Positions 26,332 through 35,960 of a DNA stretch of 64,000 bases are shown in pieces; within the stretch, counting starts at the first letter, position 1, and every line of letters begins with the position of its first letter. Under the pieces are notes generated by a model. That model was given only the letters and a program-made list of their open reading frames with translations. It ran no database searches and had not been told where the DNA came from. This DNA comes from Patescibacteria group bacterium (lineage in GTDB: Bacteria > Patescibacteriota > WWE3 > UBA101185 > UBA10185). The DNA lies in NCBI GenBank assembly GCA_016926555.1, contig JAFGOI010000013.1, positions 44,802 through 108,801 on the forward strand, read 5' to 3'. A program made the translations under genes and the position numbers.

Positions 26332-27845
26332 TCTCGCACTATTTCTAGGTGAATTTTATCTGTTTCATGTGGGACATATCCGAAAAACGGAATACTGGGT
26401 CTTATTTCTAATTCATATGTTTGAATATTATTTATACCGCCAAGTGTTTTTTGGGCTTCCTCGGGAGTTTTACCCTTAAGACTTTCTATTATATCTTCTT
26501 TGTTTAACTTGGGTACAATATAGGTTTTAAGAGTGACTTGCACATCGGCTTCGGTTGGGGATAATATGCTGTTGGTTGAATTCCCCAGAATATCCACTTT
26601 AGTATCCCTATCACCTTCGTATAGCTCAAATCCTTCGGGTACAATATCCGCTACTATTTTATCCAAAAAACTGTCCAAGTCTTTTTTTGAGTATGATAGT
26701 CCTGTTGCTGTTATTTCTTGTGTAAGTGTGAGTTCTTTTGTTTCTTCACCCAGTTCGTGGCTGTACTTCTCGTTGGTTATGGTGGTCGAATATGAGCCCT
26801 CAATATATTGAAATCCGGTATTTACAGTGTTTTTCAAGGATTTGGCAGCTTTTTCCTCGGCTTCTTCTAAAAGTTCTAATGACAATTTTTCTATATCGTC
26901 CTTGCCCACAGTTTTAATTGTTGTACTTTTCCCACCCTTGAAATCAGAGTTTGCCTCCGCGGCGGCTTTGCTTTTCTTATAGTCGTCCAGTTCTAATGCG
27001 GAGCCTTTTTCTATGTTGTAGGCATCCCCTATGTGTTTTGCTTCAACATCAACCTCTTTCTGCCCGGGGATAAGAGGACTTCCCGGATCTGTAATATCTT
27101 GGGGAGCAAGTGGAGGGATTTTAATATCGTCTAAAGTGACAAATACTAAATCTTCATCGTCTTCTTTATAAGCTAGTTCGGCTCCTTTGTCTAACTCAAT
27201 TTCATCTGTTGTTTTGTTATAAATCAGTACAGTTCCCCTGGCTTTTTCTCCTTCGATTTTTTCTCCTGTTGTTTCAATTGATTTTTCATTTTTTATTTTG
27301 GTTTCAACAGATATACCCTTGAGTATTTTGTTTTCTATATTTGTGTCTGAAGTTGATGAAACTTTTACTGTGATGCTGCGTGTAAGTGGCTGTGCGTTAA
27401 CGAAAATTTTTGCATAGGCCTCGGGTTTTTTCGAGAGCATCTTTAGTCCGAAATATCCTATTATCGCGATAACTAAGGGAATCACCAAAAATAGAAGATT
27501 GAATTTCAATTTCGGAAATTTACGTTTTTTTCTGGGCTTAGTTTCTGCAGCGGACCCTTCAAATGTGGCTACTTCGTCTATACTGTCTGAATCCTCTAGT
27601 ACGCTTGTGCCTACTTTTTCCTCCATCATCTCAATTAATGTGTTTCCCTGCTCATCTGTTGTCGTGAAATGTACGCTTACGTCGTTTTTGTCGCAGAAGG
27701 AATTTATTAGCTTAAGATTAATGATGTTGTCGAAAAGAACGGAGCCATCTGGAACTATAAGTTCTATGCCGGAGTCATTGATATTTCTGATTTTATTTAT
27801 GGTGGATATTGTATCGTCGTAAAGTTCAAGTTCTATTTTAGTCAT
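26328..27845 (-). CDS. bitopic membrane protein, hypothetical (part of VirB4-like operon)
   Basis: 505-aa ORF with a basic stretch plus a TM helix around residues 105-135 and a large charged extracellular region. Its ends overlap both neighbouring genes. Confidence 0.5.
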   Translation of the reverse strand: MTKIELELYDDTISTINKIRNINDSGIELIVPDGSVLFDNIINLKLINSFCDKNDVSVHFTTTDEQGNTLIEMMEEKVGTSVLEDSDSIDEVATFEGSAAETKPRKKRKFPKLKFNLLFLVIPLVIAIIGYFGLKMLSKKPEAYAKIFVNAQPLTRSITVKVSSTSDTNIENKILKGISVETKIKNEKSIETTGEKIEGEKARGTVLIYNKTTDEIELDKGAELAYKEDDEDLVFVTLDDIKIPPLAPQDITDPGSPLIPGQKEVDVEAKHIGDAYNIEKGSALELDDYKKSKAAAEANSDFKGGKSTTIKTVGKDDIEKLSLELLEEAEEKAAKSLKNTVNTGFQYIEGSYSTTITNEKYSHELGEETKELTLTQEITATGLSYSKKDLDSFLDKIVADIVPEGFELYEGDRDTKVDILGNSTNSILSPTEADVQVTLKTYIVPKLNKEDIIESLKGKTPEEAQKTLGGINNIQTYELEIRPSIPFFGYVPHETDKIHLEIVRE

Positions 27846-29142
27846 ATTTTACTCCTGTTATTTCACTATATATTATTGAAAGGCAGGCTAGAGGCAGCCA
27901 TTCAGAATTGTTTGTTCTTCCTGTAGCGTCATTTATTTTACTTAGATCCATAAAATCAAGTTTTTTAAAATCCGGAGGCTGTTTGAAAGGAACAGATCTC
28001 ATCCAAGGCTCCTCAGATACAGTTTCTACAAGGTTTGGAATATGTGTCGCGGCTCCGGTTAGATATACTTTGGGAGAGAAGGTTTTGACGCCGCTAAATT
28101 CACCAAATAGAAGTTCAAGACCTTGCAGCCATACGTCTAGAGTTTCAAGCAAACACGAATGGACAATGGCGCTTTCTCCGGGAGTTAATTTCTCAGATAT
28201 AAATGCCTCCAACACTTTTTCTGCTTCCATGGGAGTTAAACCCATTTTTTCACCTAGATCCTCAATAAAATGATTGTATCCTATATTTAAACTTCTGGTT
28301 GCAGCGATTCCCTTTCCGAATACGACGGCTACATTAGTCGAATCATTGCTAGTATCGATGATAACGTAGTCGGTGTTTTCAAGGGAGGCAAAGTTTAACT
28401 GTTGCGCGATTGAGTATGTTTCCGATCCTACTGCAAATAAGTTAAGACCGCTAGCGTCGATGACTTTCTCAAGTGTTCTTAAGTGAAACTTTGGGCAGAA
28501 AGAGTTAAATACGGCAGTTTCAATGACCTTTCCTTCCTTCCCTTCCAGTTCGTCAATAAATTTTCCGTCCAGTTTTGTATATACGTTTGATGTGGTTATT
28601 ACTTCTAAGTCTGCGTCGGGATTACCCGTTTTATTTAAATAGTCATTTTGGACCTGCATATAGGCTGCTTCTAGAAGCTGTTTATATATCTTGTCTATAT
28701 CTTTTTTCGAAATTGGGGATTTAGTTCCTCGATTTACTCTTACAGTTGTCATTAATCCCATACACATGTCTCCTGTTACGCCAACGATAACTTGTTTGAT
28801 ATTTTCTTCCAGATCTTTGGTAGCGTTTACTACAGCAATTTTTATTGCTTCTTCTACATCGGATTGGTCTATAATTGTCCCAGAGAGTACACTTCCCAGT
28901 TCCAGCTTCTGCTTGTCATGACCTATAATTTTACAGGAAGATTCTTCCTGGTACATAACTAAACACCTCACATAAGAAGAACTTATCTCCAGAGTAAAAA
29001 ATTTATTAGAATCTCTTTGGGACTTTTTCAGGAAGGGTAGCATAACCATTGGCTTTATTTTAGAATATTTTGCTTTAAAAGGGAATTTTACCAGGAGGTA
29101 TTTTGGGAGGAGGCGGTTTTTCTGTTTCGTTAAATCCGGCAC
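27838..29142 (-). CDS. actin-fold ATPase of FtsA/PilM family
   Basis: 434-aa ORF. Alternating beta/alpha segments with Gly-rich phosphate-loop-like regions (VIVGVTGD, YVIIDTSNDSTNVAV) are typical of the ASKHA FtsA/PilM fold. No ftsZ is adjacent. Confidence 0.45.
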   Translation of the reverse strand: MPDLTKQKNRLLPKYLLVKFPFKAKYSKIKPMVMLPFLKKSQRDSNKFFTLEISSSYVRCLVMYQEESSCKIIGHDKQKLELGSVLSGTIIDQSDVEEAIKIAVVNATKDLEENIKQVIVGVTGDMCMGLMTTVRVNRGTKSPISKKDIDKIYKQLLEAAYMQVQNDYLNKTGNPDADLEVITTSNVYTKLDGKFIDELEGKEGKVIETAVFNSFCPKFHLRTLEKVIDASGLNLFAVGSETYSIAQQLNFASLENTDYVIIDTSNDSTNVAVVFGKGIAATRSLNIGYNHFIEDLGEKMGLTPMEAEKVLEAFISEKLTPGESAIVHSCLLETLDVWLQGLELLFGEFSGVKTFSPKVYLTGAATHIPNLVETVSEEPWMRSVPFKQPPDFKKLDFMDLSKINDATGRTNNSEWLPLACLSIIYSEITGVKYD

Positions 29143-31525
29143 GTTCTTGTATGTATTTTTCTACTTCAGCTACTGGTGTTCCGTATTTCATACGTGACAT
29201 TTCTCTTATTTGTGCCGCAACTTGTATATTTTTAGGGATTTTGTTTACTTCTTCCCAATTGAGAAATACAGAGAAGGGAGGGGTTGGGTGCCCATTTACA
29301 AGCAGTCTCATATAGAAGTTACCTATGGGAAGATTGCTCATGTCTTGCGGCGTGAAAACGGGTGCCATTTCGCTTTCGAACACTTCTGCGTCTTCTATGC
29401 CAATTCTGAATACAGCTTTGGTTCCAACGTTTCCCATTACGGCATTTTTAATATCTTCATCCAATTGCGAAATAAACTGATGCGCGACAACGAGTGCGAG
29501 TTTGTATTTTCTGGCTTCTGATAATATGGTCGCGAAGTCCTCTGTAGCGAAATTCTGGAACTCGTCTACATAGAGATAAAACGGAGGGAAGTCTCTATCC
29601 CCGCGGGAAAGTCTTTCTTGTCGTCGTAGAGCTGATGCAAGAATTCTGGGTATTATTAGAAGTCCCAAAAAGTTGGCGTTTTCTTCCCCTATCATTCCCT
29701 TTGCTAATTTTATAAGAAGGATTTTTTTATTATCCATAATCTCTGTGAAATTGAAAGCTGATTTTGGTTGACCTAGTATATTTCTCATTAATCTATCTGT
29801 AACAAATCTATCAAACTTGGAGACGAAATAACCCATTTTTTCACCCTTATGATAATCACTTGTGTTTGCCATTTCGTCTGTCCAATACCTTTTGACTAGA
29901 GGGTCTTCCAGTTTGTCAATGAACTTTTGCGAGTATTTAGGATCAATAAGTAGGCGCAGTACATCTACCATCGATGCTGCCGGGTCCACCATTGCCGTTA
30001 ACATGACGTTTCTAATGGCACGTTCCAATTGGGGGCCCATAATTCCTTGTCTGTTTGGGTCATACATCTTGTATAGTAGGGCAATAAAAGCATTTACTAT
30101 CATATGTTTTTCCTCTTCACTATGAGCTTCTAGCATATTGATACCCATAGGGCGTTCTGTATCTGAAGGATCGAATAAAATTACATCGTTTATTCGTTCC
30201 GGGGGTATCTTTTCCAGAAGTTCATCTATGTCTCCTCCATGGGGATCTATAATCGCTAAACCCTCTCCGTTTAGAATATCTTGTAGTGCTAAAGACATCA
30301 TATAGACTGATTTACCTGTGCCGGTTTGGCCGATAATATAGAAATGACGCAACCTATCTTTATCAAGCATATGAATTCTTTTTTCTACTCCTCTATAAAC
30401 ACTAGAACCTAGGTTCAAGCCCTCTTCGGGAATATTAGTTGGTGCGGGAGCTTTTCGAGCAGTTAACCACATAATGTTTGGAGTTAATACGTCTTTGTTG
30501 GGGAAGTGGAATATTGTAGCCAATTCTTTAATACTGAGTATTGAACAGTTTGAGGCAAGTGTGATACCAAGTACGGGAACGGTAATATCTTTAACACTCA
30601 TACGTCTGTATATAAAGTCGTCCACAACTTTCATTGTTGACCAGAATCCCCTAGTTACGAACTTGTTGTAATTTGGATCTGTGAATTGTTCAAAGGCGCT
30701 TAGCATGTTTTGTGTATGATTTTGTGCAGCTATATTGTCTTTTCCTATAGCTATTATCCTAATTTTTGTGTAAAGTCCTGGATGGGCGATCTTCTTTTCC
30801 ACACCTTCAATAAAGGAGGTATCCACAAAGGTTTTATTTTCCGTATCAGCGCTTTTCTGCTTTATTTTTGCGATATATCCGCGTCCTGCATAACGCCAGT
30901 TGTCGTTAGCAGGTTGAACAATATATTGGACGGATACAACCTCTTCCTCACCCAGTTTACTCATAGCGGACGTAATGGAATTAAGAGCATCGTTTTTAAG
31001 TTCCTCATAGTCTTTAATAGGATAGTAGTTCGGGCCTTTCAGTTTAAGTTCTGTTACTTTTGTGTACTCACCTCTATCCCATATTTCTTGCGGATTGACT
31101 ATATCTATTTCAGCAGACGGATAGGCCGCGTGTATCTGTTTTTCTACAAGAGCAGCTATTTCGTCTGGTATTACTACATAAAAACCAATGCCATCTGTTT
31201 TTGACACTATCTCAAAAGAAATTCGGTATTGTCCTGTAAAGAAAGCGCCCCACAAAGTTTTTCTAAATCCCATAAGGTTAGAGAACATATGTTCAGCCGA
31301 GTCAACTTCTATTTCATTATCTTTTGGGAGTTTTATCTGCAAGAATGTGAGATTATATGCATGCTTCTGCTCCTCGGCTTTTTTCTTTTTAGATATTAAA
31401 AAATAGATAATTCCCAAGACAGACCCAATGGCTACTGCTGTGTATATAGAAACCCAAAATATTGAATAAAATGGATTATTTATGTCCATGGGCAGCCTCA
31501 ACCTCTTGAATAAATTTTTCTTCAT
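29075..31525 (-). CDS. VirB4/TraC-like (DUF87-type) AAA+ ATPase with N-terminal TM segment (VirB3-VirB4-fusion-like)
   Basis: 816-aa ORF with an N-terminal helix, Walker A GQTGTGKS at about residue 395, a Walker B/DE region LYVDEFQNF, and an overall length and ATPase position like VirB4. Confidence 0.65.
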   Translation of the reverse strand: MKKNLFKRLRLPMDINNPFYSIFWVSIYTAVAIGSVLGIIYFLISKKKKAEEQKHAYNLTFLQIKLPKDNEIEVDSAEHMFSNLMGFRKTLWGAFFTGQYRISFEIVSKTDGIGFYVVIPDEIAALVEKQIHAAYPSAEIDIVNPQEIWDRGEYTKVTELKLKGPNYYPIKDYEELKNDALNSITSAMSKLGEEEVVSVQYIVQPANDNWRYAGRGYIAKIKQKSADTENKTFVDTSFIEGVEKKIAHPGLYTKIRIIAIGKDNIAAQNHTQNMLSAFEQFTDPNYNKFVTRGFWSTMKVVDDFIYRRMSVKDITVPVLGITLASNCSILSIKELATIFHFPNKDVLTPNIMWLTARKAPAPTNIPEEGLNLGSSVYRGVEKRIHMLDKDRLRHFYIIGQTGTGKSVYMMSLALQDILNGEGLAIIDPHGGDIDELLEKIPPERINDVILFDPSDTERPMGINMLEAHSEEEKHMIVNAFIALLYKMYDPNRQGIMGPQLERAIRNVMLTAMVDPAASMVDVLRLLIDPKYSQKFIDKLEDPLVKRYWTDEMANTSDYHKGEKMGYFVSKFDRFVTDRLMRNILGQPKSAFNFTEIMDNKKILLIKLAKGMIGEENANFLGLLIIPRILASALRRQERLSRGDRDFPPFYLYVDEFQNFATEDFATILSEARKYKLALVVAHQFISQLDEDIKNAVMGNVGTKAVFRIGIEDAEVFESEMAPVFTPQDMSNLPIGNFYMRLLVNGHPTPPFSVFLNWEEVNKIPKNIQVAAQIREMSRMKYGTPVAEVEKYIQERAGFNETEKPPPPKIPPGKIPF

Positions 31526-31889
31526 CCGCGTCAGCCCGGTCAGTTATTTTGTCTTTTGGTGTTTTTATTTCGTGTAGTTCTGTTACTTTCTCCGTTTTAT
31601 CTACAATGTTAAGTTCTTCTTGAGCTACTTCAGTATCAAGCGAAATTGTTTGTGGTTCTGGGAGTTTCTTTGGTTGCGGAGTTTCAGACACAGGTTTTGG
31701 TTCTGTTTCCGGTGCCTTTTGAACCTCTTGGGCTTCCTGAACTTCCGATGGTGTATATGTCTCGAAAGAAGGTACGTACCCTTCGGGGTTTTTTGGTTCG
31801 GCAGGTTTGGATGGGGCTTGTTGTGGAGGAATATCGTCAGCACCTTGATTATTTAGATTTGTGACTGGAGGTTGTTTAGATACATCCAT
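31476..31889 (-). CDS. Pro/Glu/Lys-rich low-complexity protein, hypothetical
   Basis: 137-aa ORF whose 3' end overlaps the VirB4-like gene start by 50 nt. Several competing frames exist here; this one is chosen for operon continuity. Confidence 0.35.
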   Translation of the reverse strand: MDVSKQPPVTNLNNQGADDIPPQQAPSKPAEPKNPEGYVPSFETYTPSEVQEAQEVQKAPETEPKPVSETPQPKKLPEPQTISLDTEVAQEELNIVDKTEKVTELHEIKTPKDKITDRADADEEKFIQEVEAAHGHK

Positions 31890-31959
31890 ATTACGATTTT
31901 AACACTTTACGCGCAAAATTATGAGTATATCTTATATATCTAATAAATCAGTCCTGTTT

Positions 31960-32304
31960 TTAGATTTCTTCCGATTCTCGTTCAGTGTCGTTTTTTGTGG
32001 TTTTAAATAATCTTTTTACCTTTTTAGTACTCTTTTCCATTCCGGCGGCTAAGTCTTCTAGTTTATCTTCTATTACCGCGCTTGTATCTGAGATATTTTC
32101 TGAAACAGTCTCTACCATGTCTCCGATTTTTGCTTTTACGTTATCGACCGCTTCCTTGCCTTTGTCTAGAGCGTCCTCTCCCGCCTCTTTTATTTTCTTT
32201 CGGGTTTCTTTACCGGGAGCTGGAGCGAACAGCATTCCTAATAACGCTCCAAGCGCTGCTCCTAAGGCGGCCCCCTTAACAAATGATTTCTTTGAACCTG
32301 TCAT
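31960..32304 (-). CDS. YtxH-like small membrane/stress protein
   Basis: An N-terminal Gly/Ala-rich helix (GAALGAALGALLGMLFAPAPGK) followed by a charged coiled segment, the architecture of YtxH/DUF948-like proteins. Confidence 0.45.
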   Translation of the reverse strand: MTGSKKSFVKGAALGAALGALLGMLFAPAPGKETRKKIKEAGEDALDKGKEAVDNVKAKIGDMVETVSENISDTSAVIEDKLEDLAAGMEKSTKKVKRLFKTTKNDTERESEEI

Positions 32305-32305
32305 A

Positions 32306-32578
32306 TTAATCCTCCTTGTATTTAGAATTATCTATAAGACTGCTGATACCTTTAACAGCCCTAACACTTTCGGAAATTCCTGAGATAAATCCTGCAATTG
32401 TTGATACAGGACCTGATACAGCCCCTGTAACATCGCCTACGTCATCTAATACCCTGTTTGCCTTTTTCACGGTTTCGAGAAAATTTTTCAGAACCAACAC
32501 CAAATAAACCCCAACGAAGGTAAGATTGGCAGCCAGTATTATAAGAACTATTATTAATGTGACCTGTAAGTAGTCCAT
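32306..32578 (-). CDS. small membrane protein (DUF948-like)
   Basis: 90-aa ORF with an N-terminal TM helix and an amphipathic C-terminal region, adjacent to the YtxH-like gene. Confidence 0.4.
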   Translation of the reverse strand: MDYLQVTLIIVLIILAANLTFVGVYLVLVLKNFLETVKKANRVLDDVGDVTGAVSGPVSTIAGFISGISESVRAVKGISSLIDNSKYKED

Positions 32579-32628
32579 AGAGCAGTACTTAGATTATATC
32601 TTAGTGATGTGTACAGTCAACGTTTTAG

Positions 32629-34548
32629 CTAGTCGTCAATAACTTCTCCCTCTACGGGCTCATCGTTTTCTTCATCCCCGTTTTGGTCTTTGGAAGGTCC
32701 TTCTGTAGTTTCTCCTTGGTTTTGCGAGGTATCTCCAGAGGTAGTTTGGCTACCTGCCTGGTCATACATGTATTGGCCAATTTTCTGAAGCGACTCCGAC
32801 AAACTTTGGGTCTTATTTTTAAGTTCTTCATAAGATGCTGTTTGGAGTACTTTTCTTATATCGGCCACTTTATCCTCTATTTCTTTTTTGAGTTCGTCAG
32901 TTATTTTGTTTCCGGCATCTCTTAATGTTTTCTCGGATGTATAGCATAAAGTGTCTGCGGTGTTTCTCATCTCAACTTGCTCTTTTCGTTTTTTGTCTTC
33001 GGCTACGTGTGACTCCGCATCTTTAACCATCTTTTCTATTTCGTCTTTTGCAAGTCCGGTACCCCCTTGAATTGTGATTTTTTGCTCTTTGTTTGTTGCT
33101 TTATCTTTTGCAGTAACATTTATTATTCCGTTCGCGTCTATATCAAATTTAACTTCTATTTGGGGGATGCCTCTAGGAGCGGGAGGAATTCCGTCCAAAA
33201 TAAATCTACCGAGACTTTTGTTATCACCAGACATCTCTCGTTCGCCTTGAAGGACATTTATCTCCACGCTGGTTTGGTTATCTCCGGCAGTGCTGAATAT
33301 TTGTGATGCGGAAGTTGGAATAGTCGTGTTTCTTTTGATAAGCGGTGTAGATATACCGCCTAGTGTTTCAATTCCAAGTGTCAGAGGCGTAACGTCCAGT
33401 AATAGAATGTCTTTGACTTCTCCTCTCAGTACACCTCCTTGAATTCCGGCTCCGACGGCTACTACTTCATCTGGATTTATGCCTTGATGGGGATCTTTTC
33501 CTAAAAAGTTTTTGACGATTTCAATAATTTTAGGCATTCTTGTCATTCCGCCAACCATGACTATTTCATCTATATCGCCTTTTTTCATTCCGGCATCAGT
33601 AAGAGCGTCTTCCATTGGTTTTATAGTCCTTTGAACTAGGTCTTCTACCATCTGCTCCAGCTTGGATCTGGTGAGTTTTACGTTTAAGTGTTTTGGCCCG
33701 GCTTGATCAGCTGTTATAAAAGGAACATTTATTTCTGTTTCCATTGTGGAAGAAAGCTCAATTTTTGCTTTTTCGGCTGCGTCCTTTAGTCTCTGCATGG
33801 CCTGTCTGTCATGGGAGAGATCTAAGCCGTTGTCTTTTTTGAACTCTTCAAGTAGCCATTCAATGACTTTTCTGTCAAAATCGTCTCCTCCCAAGTGTGT
33901 ATCTCCTTTGGTTGCTTTTACTTCAAAAACCCCCTCGCCTATTTCTAGTATTGATACATCAAAGGTTCCGCCTCCAAGGTCGTATACAAGGATCTGCTCA
34001 TTGGCTTTTTTGTCTAAACCGTATGCTAAGGAAGCGGCTGTAGGCTCGTTTATTATTCTTTGGACATTGAACCCGGCAATTTGTCCCGCTTCTTTTGTGG
34101 CATTTCTCTGTGGGTCATTAAAATACGCAGGTACAGTAATAACAGCATCAGTAATTTTTTCGCCCAGAAACTTTTCGGCGTCCGCTTTCATTTTCGCAAG
34201 TATTTTTGCCGAAATTTCTTGCGGGGTATAAACCTTTCCCTCAACTTCTACACAGGCAAGGCCGTTTTGACCTTCAATTATCTCATAGGGATAGACTTCC
34301 TTCATTGATTGAACCTCTGGGTCGCTGTATTTTCTACCCATCAGTCTTTTTATGCTGAAAATTGTATTTTTGGGGTTGACCACCTGTTGTCTTTTTGCAG
34401 GGATACCGACGATATTTTGATCTGGCACAACAATGGATGGTGTAGTATTAGCGCCTTCGGCATTTGGTATAACCTTTGGGCTGCCGCCTTCCATCAAGGA
34501 CATGACACTATTGGTTGTTCCTAAATCTATTCCTATTATTTTACTCAT
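32629..34548 (-). CDS. dnaK: molecular chaperone DnaK (Hsp70)
   Basis: [21 protein letters not shown] and the Hsp70 signatures throughout. Confidence 0.95.
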   Translation of the reverse strand: MSKIIGIDLGTTNSVMSLMEGGSPKVIPNAEGANTTPSIVVPDQNIVGIPAKRQQVVNPKNTIFSIKRLMGRKYSDPEVQSMKEVYPYEIIEGQNGLACVEVEGKVYTPQEISAKILAKMKADAEKFLGEKITDAVITVPAYFNDPQRNATKEAGQIAGFNVQRIINEPTAASLAYGLDKKANEQILVYDLGGGTFDVSILEIGEGVFEVKATKGDTHLGGDDFDRKVIEWLLEEFKKDNGLDLSHDRQAMQRLKDAAEKAKIELSSTMETEINVPFITADQAGPKHLNVKLTRSKLEQMVEDLVQRTIKPMEDALTDAGMKKGDIDEIVMVGGMTRMPKIIEIVKNFLGKDPHQGINPDEVVAVGAGIQGGVLRGEVKDILLLDVTPLTLGIETLGGISTPLIKRNTTIPTSASQIFSTAGDNQTSVEINVLQGEREMSGDNKSLGRFILDGIPPAPRGIPQIEVKFDIDANGIINVTAKDKATNKEQKITIQGGTGLAKDEIEKMVKDAESHVAEDKKRKEQVEMRNTADTLCYTSEKTLRDAGNKITDELKKEIEDKVADIRKVLQTASYEELKNKTQSLSESLQKIGQYMYDQAGSQTTSGDTSQNQGETTEGPSKDQNGDEENDEPVEGEVIDD

Positions 34549-34562
34549 TTTATAATCCTCCT

Positions 34563-35129
34563 TTATCTGTTTGGGGTTTCTTCCGTTTCTTTAGCGGGTG
34601 TTTCTTCCCCTGTACCTACCTTGACTCGGGCAGGTCTAATTAACTTTTCATTTATCATGTACCCTTTTTGCATTACCTCTACAACCTTATTTTTCTCTCC
34701 GGGTGCCGGTTGAATCGCTTCCATGATATCCGGATTAAACATCGCGTTTTCGGGGTTTAGTTCTTTAAGTCCTTCATTTTCTAAAATGAATCGAAATTCA
34801 TTTAGGATAAGTGTGAAACCTTCATCTTTCACATATTTTTCTAAATTTTCAAGATGAGCTAAGACGTGAATTAATTTTTCCATTAGATTTTCATTTGCGT
34901 GTAAGATAATTTCTGCTCGATCTTCTTCAACTCTTTTTTTAAGATTTTGGTAATCCGCAAGAGCTCTTTTCCAGCCGTTTTCAAATTCACTGAGTTGCTC
35001 TTTTAATTCCGAAATTTCCTTTTTTAGGGCTTCAATATCATCAATTGAACTGGCATTATCAACAGAATCCGTTCCGTTCCGAATTTGATCATCTGAAGTA
35101 TTCATATTGTTTCCGTTATCGTTTTCCAT
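34563..35129 (-). CDS. grpE: nucleotide exchange factor GrpE
   Basis: Coiled-coil N-terminus, a GrpE C-terminal beta domain, and a position between hrcA and dnaK. Confidence 0.85.
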   Translation of the reverse strand: MENDNGNNMNTSDDQIRNGTDSVDNASSIDDIEALKKEISELKEQLSEFENGWKRALADYQNLKKRVEEDRAEIILHANENLMEKLIHVLAHLENLEKYVKDEGFTLILNEFRFILENEGLKELNPENAMFNPDIMEAIQPAPGEKNKVVEVMQKGYMINEKLIRPARVKVGTGEETPAKETEETPNR

Positions 35130-35148
35130 AAAATTTCCCTAAATAAAT

Positions 35149-35874
35149 TTACCAGGATCCGCCCAACTCTTCTAGTAAGTCTTTGGCATATCGAATAAAA
35201 GGTATTACCGTTGAATAGTTTAAACGGGATGGGCCAAGAACTCCTATAAAGCCAGCTTTGTTTCCTCCTTTGTAGGGGACAAATAGAAGAGCTGCTCTAT
35301 TTAGGTTTTCTATTCCTATTTCTTTTTCGATTAGAGACAACACTCTTCCATCTGGATTGGGGATGCTGGTGAAAAGCTTGTTTAAGATCTCATAACTGTC
35401 TGTGAGAAGGAGAGCTGTTTTTGCCGTGTCGATATCCCAGAATTCCTTGTGCTCAAGTACATACACGCTTCCCGCGTGAGAAACATAGTTGTCTTCGGTC
35501 GTGGCAATGGAAAGTAATTTTGTGTTTTCGGATAATGACAGAACAGTTTCCCTTAGAAGTCTTTCGAACGCAAATCTGTTAGGCCACAATCGCTGTTTCA
35601 TGGCCACTTCTTGAAGAACTGGAAGATCTTCTTCCTCCATAAGTTCAGAAATATACAATCGATAGGCGGTTCTTGTAGGTATGCGTCCTGAGGAGGTATG
35701 TAGCATTTCTAAGAAACCCAACTCTATAAGTTTGGCCATTTCATTTCTAATGGTAGCCGCTGAACAGCTTAAGTTATAATTTTTAACGATCTCCATAGAA
35801 CCGACAGGTTCTGCCGTTTGTATATATCTGTCTATTATCGCTTGTATTAAACTTATTTGTCTTTCTGTAAGCAT
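35149..35874 (-). CDS. hrcA: heat-inducible transcription repressor HrcA (short form)
   Basis: LTERQISLIQAIIDRYIQTAEPVGS winged-helix N-terminus and the operon hrcA-grpE-dnaK. Confidence 0.75.
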   Translation of the reverse strand: MLTERQISLIQAIIDRYIQTAEPVGSMEIVKNYNLSCSAATIRNEMAKLIELGFLEMLHTSSGRIPTRTAYRLYISELMEEEDLPVLQEVAMKQRLWPNRFAFERLLRETVLSLSENTKLLSIATTEDNYVSHAGSVYVLEHKEFWDIDTAKTALLLTDSYEILNKLFTSIPNPDGRVLSLIEKEIGIENLNRAALLFVPYKGGNKAGFIGVLGPSRLNYSTVIPFIRYAKDLLEELGGSW

Positions 35875-35912
35875 TTATGAACCTTTCTGGACAGAATGAA
35901 AAAGCCACTGTG

Positions 35913-35948
35913 TTATCAGAATAATATCACGAGTGCTAAGTGTGTCAA
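35913..35948 (-). promoter_or_regulatory. hrcA promoter (TTGACA-N16-TATTAT) overlapping a CIRCE-like half-site (TTAGCACTC) with a degenerate partner arm
   Basis: The minus strand reads TTGACAcacTTAGCACTCgtgatattaTTCTGATAA. One arm is a perfect CIRCE 9-mer and the other matches 5/9 at the canonical 9-nt spacing. Confidence 0.4.
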
Positions 35949-35960
35949 GCTGTTAGAACT

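Noticed and set aside
35913-35960. Full CIRCE inverted repeat (TTAGCACTC-N9-GAGTGCTAA)
   Set aside because: Only one arm is perfect and the partner arm matches 5/9. It is reported as a half-site or degenerate operator rather than a canonical CIRCE.
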